A stretch of 64,000 nt of DNA from Chloroflexota bacterium (GTDB lineage: Bacteria > Chloroflexota > UBA6077 > SHYK01): the NCBI GenBank assembly GCA_009692845.1, contig SHYK01000001.1, forward strand, positions 438,359-502,358, read 5' to 3'. The notes under the pieces are model-generated. The model had not been told where the DNA came from and did not search any database. It worked only from the letters and a program-made list of their open reading frames with translations. The translations under genes were made by a program, and so were the position numbers. This document shows, piece after piece, positions 1-8,810 of the stretch (positions within the stretch are counted from its first letter, which is position 1; the number at the start of each line of letters is the position of its first letter).

Positions 1-78
1 CATGTGCCTTCGGTTTCTCCCCTAACTGCTCGCTATTGTCCGTCCCGAAAGCCCGCAGCGCAATAAGGGTGCACCAGC

Positions 79-618
79 TCAGATAGGCCGAATCCAGCCA
101 GGGGCCGCCGCGCGGCCGGCGACTCCGGGGATTCGGACCGGGGGGTAGCCGAACTCTTCTAGAGAGACGCCATCCTTGACCAGGGTTATGCCGTCTACTC
201 CATCCAGCCCGGTCAGCGTGTAAACGATGGACCAATACGCGAGCTCCGAGAAAGGACGCCCGCGTACGCGGGCGAGCTCAGGTCCGAACTCAACCGTGGC
301 GATCCGGTCCCGGACCTCGAAGGACACCACCTGCGTGCGCGGGCTGAGTGGGTACTCATAGTCCGCCGCGCGTTCGTCACCGTCTGGACCGTCGACGAGC
401 GCCTCGATTGCCGCCCGGGGTAGACCATTGGTGGGGACTTCGCGCTGGGCCGCCGACAACCCAAGCGACCCGTCAGCGAGGAGCCGAGGAAAGTAAAGCG
501 TGATCCGGGTGGTTGGCGCCCCAGCGGGAATCCCCACCAGCCGGCCAGTGGCAAACGGGGCCCCGTCCGGGTTTCGGGCTGGCGGGGAACCTTGCTGGCC
601 GATGAATCCGCAGCTCAA
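79..618 (-). CDS. GerMN-domain lipoprotein (GerM-like)
   Basis: ORF track 179 aa with a TTG start. The pattern ITLYFPR...AIEALVDGP...VVSFEVRDRIATVEF...SIVYTLTGLDGVDGITLVKDG is GerMN-like. In-frame codons 619-657 encode ILRALLTAFAFVA directly before L-S-C, which is a lipoprotein signal peptide. The true start is therefore probably upstream of 618 (see finding). Confidence 0.6.
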   Translation of the reverse strand: MSCGFIGQQGSPPARNPDGAPFATGRLVGIPAGAPTTRITLYFPRLLADGSLGLSAAQREVPTNGLPRAAIEALVDGPDGDERAADYEYPLSPRTQVVSFEVRDRIATVEFGPELARVRGRPFSELAYWSIVYTLTGLDGVDGITLVKDGVSLEEFGYPPVRIPGVAGRAAAPGWIRPI

Positions 619-704
619 TGCGACAAAAGCGAAGGCCGTGAGCAGGGCGCGAAGGATCAGCGCTCTCGTCGATGGTGCGTGGACCCACCGGAGTTGAGGG
701 GAGG

Positions 705-1892
705 TCAGACCGCGCGACTCAGATCGAGGTGAAGACTCTGGATCTGGCGTAGGAGCTCGCGGGTTTCCGGATCGGCGAGCACTGCAGCAAACAAGCTCTC
801 CTCTTCATCGGCCTTGTTGGTGATGTCGAACGCCGGTTCCTGGTGACGCTGATTCAGTCGATCAATGCGCTCGTTCAGACGACTGATCTTGCCGAGATAG
901 CCTTCCAGGGTCTGGATCGATGTCCCGCTGTACCTCGCAGCAGAGGAGGGGTCGGCGAGCAATTCGTGAATCGCCGTGCTCTCGAGACCCGCGAGGGGAG
1001 CGAAATCAGCCTCGAAAGGACGGTCGTACATGGCTCGGGCGGCCCACCCGTGAATGTGACGGGAATTGACGTCGAGCTCCTTGATGGCGCGCAGGGCCCA
1101 TATCCGGACCCGCCGCCGCGCCCAATACTGATCGACGAAGTCTTCCTGGTCTTCACAGAGCAGCCGACTGCGCAGGTGCGTAACCAAGAGGAACCGCAGA
1201 GCCTCACTTTCGGCCAGACCCGATCTGATTCCCACTGCCGTGTCCACCTGCATGGTTGGGTCGCCCGCCCGGTGCAGCCAGGCGAACTCGAACGGAGCTT
1301 CCCGCATTGCTTGCGACATGTGGAGTCGGTCGTGCCAGTCCCACTGCGCGTAATCGACGGTCCGTCGATAGCTTTCGGTAGCGGCCGCCAGATGAGCGGC
1401 GATGAGACGGCATTTTTGAGCATCGCCGAGCGTGCTCCAATCAGCAATCGCCTGCTGACGATTTCCTGCGCTAGGCAGGACCATGTAGTTTTGGGCCAGC
1501 CAAAGGCGCGCCCACTCGGGCAGGTGCTTGACAAAGGCCTGGTGGATCGCATCTCCGGGTTCATCGGCTGCGTTTTCGGCAATCGGGATGCAGGTAGCCG
1601 CGAGAAAAGCGGTGAGCTGATCGATGTCCCGCCATTGCCGCTCGGCATAGATGTCCTGGCCAGCCACGATGCGTTCCTCGCGGAGGCGCTCGATCAGCCC
1701 AAGTCGCGTGCTAACCGCCATCAGGCGACCGATGAGGGCCGGCTCCCGCTCGAACATCTCGATGTTCCGATCCATGAAGGCCGGTGAGTCGTCCTCGCCG
1801 AGGGTCCGGAGAATGACGGGAATCGCAGCCCAGAATTGCTGCTCGGCAGCGAGATTCAGCGGAGTGGCCTCATTTGGATCAGGACGGGTCAC
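705..1892 (-). CDS. hypothetical protein, helical and acidic with a C-terminal heptad-like segment
   Basis: ORF track 395 aa. It lies 27 nt downstream of the SPFH gene on the same strand, and its stop is about 45 nt before the GerMN signal-peptide codons. I recognise no family motif. Confidence 0.55.
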   Translation of the reverse strand: MTRPDPNEATPLNLAAEQQFWAAIPVILRTLGEDDSPAFMDRNIEMFEREPALIGRLMAVSTRLGLIERLREERIVAGQDIYAERQWRDIDQLTAFLAATCIPIAENAADEPGDAIHQAFVKHLPEWARLWLAQNYMVLPSAGNRQQAIADWSTLGDAQKCRLIAAHLAAATESYRRTVDYAQWDWHDRLHMSQAMREAPFEFAWLHRAGDPTMQVDTAVGIRSGLAESEALRFLLVTHLRSRLLCEDQEDFVDQYWARRRVRIWALRAIKELDVNSRHIHGWAARAMYDRPFEADFAPLAGLESTAIHELLADPSSAARYSGTSIQTLEGYLGKISRLNERIDRLNQRHQEPAFDITNKADEEESLFAAVLADPETRELLRQIQSLHLDLSRAV

Positions 1893-1919
1893 GGGATCAG
1901 GACGGGGTCACGGCGGGGA

Positions 1920-2846
1920 TCAAGAGGGGGTGGCGCTCGATCCGCCATCGGCGACCTGCGCCGTGCCCCCACTGAGAAATGGACGCAGCAGGGTGGTGAA
2001 CTCCAGCGGCACGATCCATTTTGAGGAGTCAGAGCGGCTCAAGGTTTTGAAAGCATCCAGGTACTGCAAGCCCATGGTGTTGACGCTGACGCCCACGGCT
2101 GCTGCGTCGATCTGACCTAAGGCACCCGCCAGCCCCTCGGCCTGCAAGATGAGTGCTTGGCGACTTCCCTCGGCTTCGAGGATGGTTGCCTGGCGCAAGC
2201 CTTCGGCGGTGAGGATGGCCGCTTGCTTCTGGCCTTCGGCTACGGCGATCGCCGCCGCTCGCTGTCCATCAGCTTCGAGCACTACCGCCCGGCGATTTCG
2301 TTCGGCGGACATTTGACGGCTCATGGCATCCTGGATCTCCCGCGGCGGCTGAATCTCCTTGACCTCAACCGCGGTGACTTTCACCCCCCAACGGCTGGTT
2401 ACCTCGTCGAGCTTGGCGCGCAGCTGATCATTCATGTCCTCTCGCCGGGAGAGCACGTCGTCCAGAATGATGTCCCCCACGACCGCCCGCAACGTTGTTT
2501 TGGCAATCCCTTCCGCGGCGCCGAAGACGTCCTGGACGCTGATTACGCTGGCGAGGGGCTCGAGAATCCGGAGGTAGATGAGGAAATCGATCGAGACAGG
2601 AGCGTTGTCCTTCGTAATCGCCGACTGAGCCGGAACTTCGATGAAACGCTCGCGCAGGTCAACGGTCACCGGGCGGTCAACCCAGGGAATGAGGAAAACG
2701 AGGCCGGGACCCTTAGCAATGTCGAGGGCCCGCCCCAGGCGGAAAATCACGAGCCGCTGATATTCTGGGACGATCCGGGCAGCTCGGAGCACGGTGGCGA
2801 TAACCAGAATGGCGACAAGCCCTGGGACGATAAAGTCGGTGATCAT
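1920..2846 (-). CDS. SPFH/band-7 (stomatin/slipin-like) membrane protein
   Basis: 308 aa with an N-terminal TM helix. It then shows PEYQRLVIFRLGR, GPGLVFLIPWVDR, VKEIQPPREIQDAM and an Ala/Glu/Gln-rich coiled segment. Its ATG overlaps the NfeD stop (TAATG). Confidence 0.9.
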   Translation of the reverse strand: MITDFIVPGLVAILVIATVLRAARIVPEYQRLVIFRLGRALDIAKGPGLVFLIPWVDRPVTVDLRERFIEVPAQSAITKDNAPVSIDFLIYLRILEPLASVISVQDVFGAAEGIAKTTLRAVVGDIILDDVLSRREDMNDQLRAKLDEVTSRWGVKVTAVEVKEIQPPREIQDAMSRQMSAERNRRAVVLEADGQRAAAIAVAEGQKQAAILTAEGLRQATILEAEGSRQALILQAEGLAGALGQIDAAAVGVSVNTMGLQYLDAFKTLSRSDSSKWIVPLEFTTLLRPFLSGGTAQVADGGSSATPS

Positions 2847-4255
2847 TAGCCTTCCCTTCGAGTGGTTCCGCTCTCGGTGCTCGGAGCCGGCCGAGCGACG
2901 GAATGCGGAGATAGTAGCACTGGCGGGTCAGAAACGGGCTCTACTCGCAGAATGACCCCACTGATGCCCACCACCCGCACCGTCTCTCCGTCAAGCAAGC
3001 TTCGGCCAGTTGTGTCGGCAGTCCAATCTTCTCCCCCGAGCCGGACTTGCCCCCTGGGGTTCAGGTTCCCCACGGCGGTGGCCAGGCGCCCCATCAAAGT
3101 CTGGGAGCCACTCAAGGCTGGCTGCTTCCTGATTCGCTGCACAGCGCGGAGTACGATCAACGTAAAGGCCACGATTCCTGCGCCCACCGCAATGACGGCC
3201 AGTGGATTTAGGTCAATGGCCGCCGCCGATGGAGAGACCGACCCGATCGGTCGAAATAGGAGCATGGCTCCGAGGACAAAGGAGATGGCGCCGAGACCTG
3301 CAAAGGCGCCGACGGTCGGGTTGTGGGCTTCGACGACGAATAGGAAGAAGCCCAGCATCAGCAAGCCGGCGCCGGCCCAGTTGGTGGGCAGGCTGCCCAG
3401 GGCCACCCAGGCGAGCACCAGGGAAATGACTCCGCCGATGCCCGGGAAGAACATCCCCGGGTGGTAGAGCTCGGCCAGGATGCCAACCGTGCCGATGCTG
3501 AGCAAGACGAGGGCAATGTCGGGATCGGTGATGATGTGGAGGAGCTGTTCGATCGGATTCATCGGAAGGTCCACCGTCTCGGATCCAGCGGTCGCGAGTC
3601 TGATGGTCCCCGCCGCCGTCTTCACGGTTCTCCCATCAACCGCGCGGAGCAGGCTGGGCAGATCGTCTGCGACAATTTCAATGATTCCCAGAGTGAGAGC
3701 TTCTGAGCTGGAAGCTGAGACGCTTTCCCGGACGGCGCGTTCTCCCCAATCTTTGTTGCGCCCGCGTGTCTCCGCCAGAGACCGCATGTAGGCCGCAGAG
3801 TCCGAGACCACCTTGTCCGTCATCGTGGGATCGCTGGGCTGGCCACCCAGAGAGACCGGATGAGCGGCCCCAATATTCGTTCCGGGTGCCATGGCGGCGA
3901 TGTGGGCGGACATGGCGAGAAAGAGACCGGCGGACGCTGCTCGGGCACCAGAAGGCGCGACGTAGACGATCACCGGGACTCGACTGCCGAGAACCGCCTG
4001 GACCATGGTCCGCATAGCGCTATCCAGGCCGCCGGGGGTGTCCACCCGAATGACCAGGGCCGGAGCGCCCTCGCGCTCGGCTTCGTCGATCGCGCGAACG
4101 AGATAGTCCGCGGTCAGCGGGTTGATGACCCCGGTCACTTCTGCCACTGGGATCGGGGGCGGTCCGTCCTTGGCAAAGGCGAAACCGGAGATGCTGAGCA
4201 TGGCGATGCCGAAACCAGCGATGACGACCCAGATGGTCCGGCGCAAGACGCTCAC
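2846..4255 (-). CDS. NfeD-family membrane-bound ClpP-class serine protease
   Basis: 469 aa with a signal/TM segment. The ClpP-like core reads VIRVDTPGGLDS...PSGARAASAGLFLAMSAHIAAMAPGTNIGAAHPV, followed by multi-TM segments and a C-terminal OB-like NfeD domain (GRLATAVGNLNPRGQVRLGGEDWTA). This is the classic pairing with a downstream SPFH gene. The GTG start overlaps the cca stop (GTGA); TTG 4246 is an alternative start. Confidence 0.9.
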   Translation of the reverse strand: MSVLRRTIWVVIAGFGIAMLSISGFAFAKDGPPPIPVAEVTGVINPLTADYLVRAIDEAEREGAPALVIRVDTPGGLDSAMRTMVQAVLGSRVPVIVYVAPSGARAASAGLFLAMSAHIAAMAPGTNIGAAHPVSLGGQPSDPTMTDKVVSDSAAYMRSLAETRGRNKDWGERAVRESVSASSSEALTLGIIEIVADDLPSLLRAVDGRTVKTAAGTIRLATAGSETVDLPMNPIEQLLHIITDPDIALVLLSIGTVGILAELYHPGMFFPGIGGVISLVLAWVALGSLPTNWAGAGLLMLGFFLFVVEAHNPTVGAFAGLGAISFVLGAMLLFRPIGSVSPSAAAIDLNPLAVIAVGAGIVAFTLIVLRAVQRIRKQPALSGSQTLMGRLATAVGNLNPRGQVRLGGEDWTADTTGRSLLDGETVRVVGISGVILRVEPVSDPPVLLSPHSVARPAPSTESGTTRREG

Positions 4256-5622
4256 ACCTCCTGCGGCCCGTCCTCTAGCATGGCGCGAGCGATGGCAATC
4301 GCGCTCTCTTTGTCATCTGGCGCCAGGTCTCCGTCCAGCACCATGGTGAGCAGCCGATCCTTGATCGGACGAATCCACGGGCCCGGCTCGCGGCCGAACA
4401 GCTCCATGAGCTCCAAGCCGTCGATCGGGGGACGAAGCCTGGCAAGATCCGCTTCGGCGTCCAGTTGCGCGCACCGCGCCTGAAGGTCGGCGACTCGCTG
4501 CTCGGCAGCCCGGACGCGCTCAATTCGGCGGCTGGTTACGTCGGCGCGCGAGAGCATGAACAGATCTTCCAGTGCGTCACCGGCTTCGCGGACGAAGCGG
4601 CGTACCGCGCCGTCCGTCCAATCCCCATCGTAGGAGTTGCCCCGCCCGCTCAGCGCCACAATGTGGGCCACCCGGTCGCTGGTTGCCCGATCAAATCTCA
4701 GTCTCCGGAGGATCCGGGAGGCCATCTCCCGTCCCATTTGCTCGTGCCCATAGAAGTGAACTTCATCCTCTTCGACCGCCATCACTCTAGGCTTGGCGAT
4801 GTCGTGCAGCAGGGCGCCCCACCGCACAGTAAGGACCGGCGGAGTCCGGTCGAGAACCATCAGCGTGTGCGAGAAGTTGTCCTTGTGCCGAGCCCCGCCA
4901 GCGGCTTCTTTCCGAAGGTCCAGAAATTCGGGGACGATCCACGGCATCAAGCCCAGCTCACATAGCTGGCGGACGGCGCCGCCTGGTTGGCGGGCCAGCA
5001 GAATCTTGTTCATCTCCTGTGCAATGCGCTCGGCGCTGATGGTCTGGAGGGTTGCGCAGTTGCGAGCGATGCTCTCCCGAGTCTTGGGCTCGAGAGTGAA
5101 GGAGAACTGGGCGACGAACCGAACCCCGCGCAGCAACCGAAGTGGATCTTCCCGAAACCGTTCGTCCGGTATTCCGACGGCTCGAACCAGGCCGGCGGCA
5201 AGGTCGGCCTGCCCGCCATAAGGGTCCACCAGGTCGCCGCCCAGCGCGGGGCGGGCCATGGCGTTGATAGTGAAGTCCCGTCGGGAGAGATCGTCTTCGA
5301 GGGTGGCACCGAACTCCACGTGGGGCTTGCGGTCGCCGGCCGTGTAGGTCTCAGTGCGGTAAGTGGTGATCTCGACGCGCTGGTCGACAAAGATCGCTCC
5401 GATCGTCCCGAAGCGTTCGCCTACGGCATAGACGCTGTCGGCGCCGGCTGCATGGACCAAATGTTTGATCTCATCCGGCGGAGCGTCGGTGGTGCAGTCG
5501 TAATCGCTCACCGGCAGACTGAGCAGGCTGTCGCGTACGCAGCCGCCGACGAGATAAAGGCTGCGCCCGCGGGCCTCAAAAGCGCGCGCCAGCTGCGGGA
5601 TCGGTTTAACGACTGTCTCCAT
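4252..5622 (-). CDS. cca: CCA tRNA nucleotidyltransferase with HD domain
   Basis: The ORF track gives 4252..5664. Motifs seen are LVGGCVRDSLL..DYD, RRDFTINAM and the HD-domain LLHDIAKP. I set the start at ATG 5622 (METVVKP) because a TACAAT box sits 7 nt upstream of it, inside the 5664 extension. A start at 5664 is not excluded. Confidence 0.85.
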   Translation of the reverse strand: METVVKPIPQLARAFEARGRSLYLVGGCVRDSLLSLPVSDYDCTTDAPPDEIKHLVHAAGADSVYAVGERFGTIGAIFVDQRVEITTYRTETYTAGDRKPHVEFGATLEDDLSRRDFTINAMARPALGGDLVDPYGGQADLAAGLVRAVGIPDERFREDPLRLLRGVRFVAQFSFTLEPKTRESIARNCATLQTISAERIAQEMNKILLARQPGGAVRQLCELGLMPWIVPEFLDLRKEAAGGARHKDNFSHTLMVLDRTPPVLTVRWGALLHDIAKPRVMAVEEDEVHFYGHEQMGREMASRILRRLRFDRATSDRVAHIVALSGRGNSYDGDWTDGAVRRFVREAGDALEDLFMLSRADVTSRRIERVRAAEQRVADLQARCAQLDAEADLARLRPPIDGLELMELFGREPGPWIRPIKDRLLTMVLDGDLAPDDKESAIAIARAMLEDGPQEV

Positions 5623-5629
5623 AGCGGAA

Positions 5630-5635
5630 ATTGTA
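5630..5635 (-). promoter_or_regulatory. candidate -10 box (TACAAT) 7 nt upstream of the cca ATG, implying a leaderless transcript
   Basis: The minus strand reads TACAAT-TTCCGCT-ATG. There is no good -35 hexamer at a 17-18 nt spacing. Confidence 0.3.
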
Positions 5636-5715
5636 CGGGCTGGGCCGATCCGTACGAGTTTCATCCCGGCGGTCAGCGCCAGTGCTATGATTGCAGCTAA
5701 TTAAATAGCGAGCGG

Positions 5716-7774
<2,059 letters not shown>

Positions 7775-7807
7775 GGAGAACAATGAAACGGGCTTTTGAG
7801 CACGTTT

Positions 7808-8653
7808 CTACGCGGGTGGGCGACTGCCTGAGCGCGTAGCGGCTCGACGGGCCGGAGTCGCGGGTGCAGCGGACGGAGTTGCCGCGGCGGGGGCGGCTGA
7901 AACGGCGGCCGGAGTCGCCGCTGGGGCGGCCGGAGTCGCCGGCGCGGACGCGGCTGATGCGGCGGCCGGAGTCGCCGGTGCGCGGGGGGCGGCTGATGCG
8001 GCGGCCGGAGTCGCCGTCGGAGCGGCCGTTGAAGGCCGGGCTACCGTCGACCGGGCGACTGGAGCCGTAGCTGGAGCCACCGAGGCGGCCACTGCAACTG
8101 GTGCGACCGGCCGAGGAGCGCCCTCAGGGACCGGCGGGGCTGCATCCTTCCCTTTGGAAAGGATCATGGTCATAGAGTTGCCTTCGAGTTGCGGCATCCG
8201 CTCAACCAGGACGCCGTCTTTGAGCTTGGCGACGACCTGTTCGAGGACCTGGCGGCCAATGTTGGGATGGGCCAACTCGCGTCCCCGGAACCTGATCGTT
8301 ACCTTGACCTTTTCGCCGTCCTCGATGAATCTCTCGATCGCCTTGGTCTTAAAATCGAGGTCGTGATCGTCCGTCTTGGGCCGGAAGCGCACTTCTTTCA
8401 GCAGGATGATCTTCTGGTTCTTTCGCGCTTCGCGGTCTTTCTTTTCCTGCTCGTACTTGAAACGGCCGTAGTCCAAGAGGCGGCATACGGGAGGGGCGGC
8501 GGTGGGTGCCACTTCGACGAGGTCAAGGCCCCGCTGGCGTGCGATGCCAATTGCATCGGCAGTATTGACGATTCCGAGCTGTTCCCCGTTCTCGCCGATC
8601 AGGCGGACCTGAGGAATTCGGATCCGTTCGTTAACTCTTAGCTCTCTGCTTAT
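7808..8653 (-). CDS. infC: translation initiation factor IF-3 with a 112-aa Ala/Pro-rich C-terminal extension
   Basis: The frame is ORF 7808..8668. The IF-3 core shows RVNERIRIPQVRLIGENGEQLGI, RLLDYGRFKYEQ and KEVRFRPKTDDHDLDFK. The TTG at 8668 lies inside the GGAGG motif (8665-8661), whereas in-frame ATA 8653 sits 7 nt after GGAGG. Atypical infC start codons are well established. Confidence 0.9.
   Translation of the reverse strand: MSRELRVNERIRIPQVRLIGENGEQLGIVNTADAIGIARQRGLDLVEVAPTAAPPVCRLLDYGRFKYEQEKKDREARKNQKIILLKEVRFRPKTDDHDLDFKTKAIERFIEDGEKVKVTIRFRGRELAHPNIGRQVLEQVVAKLKDGVLVERMPQLEGNSMTMILSKGKDAAPPVPEGAPRPVAPVAVAASVAPATAPVARSTVARPSTAAPTATPAAASAAPRAPATPAAASAASAPATPAAPAATPAAVSAAPAAATPSAAPATPARRAATRSGSRPPA
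7811..8146 (-). repeat. imperfect tandem GC-rich repeats encoding the PA-rich IF-3 tail
   Basis: Units such as GCGGCTGATGCGGCGGCCGGAGTCGCCGG recur on the plus strand. In the infC frame they translate to reiterated PATPAAASAA-type peptides. Confidence 0.7.
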
Positions 8654-8810
8654 TCGATGGCCTCCCAATGACTGACACTCGTATTACCATTATCGAGAGG
8701 CCTTATAGGACTGTCAAGCAATTGGTGAGCGGTGTGGGTCGGCCAAGGGCCAAGGGTTAAGCGAGGGCACCACGCTGACCTCGAGCCCGGCCCGGCGAGC
8801 CTAGTCAAGG

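Noticed and set aside
843-1787. Long antisense or alternative-frame ORFs in the track. Examples: 843..1787(+), 2157..2849(+), 22909..23757(-), 25975..26778(-), 26729..27643(-), 31555..32727(-), 33425..34063(-), 34073..34951(-), 49915..50697(-), 50733..51650(-).
   Set aside because: Each lies opposite or out of frame to a gene with clear family motifs. Their products are Arg/Pro/Gly/Ser-rich low-complexity strings, as expected for stop-poor frames in high-GC DNA.
7785-7808. A possible bidirectional terminator hairpin (GAACG../CGTTTC region) between the convergent thiC and infC genes.
   Set aside because: It has only a 6-bp stem with a 12-nt loop and no flanking U-tract on either strand, which is too weak to call.
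7864-8100. Regularly spaced GC-rich repeats (GCGGCGGCCGGAGTCGCCG...) that at first glance resemble an array.
   Set aside because: The repeats are contiguous and imperfect with no unique spacers. They lie entirely in frame inside the infC ORF, where they encode the Ala/Pro-rich tail, so this is not a CRISPR array.
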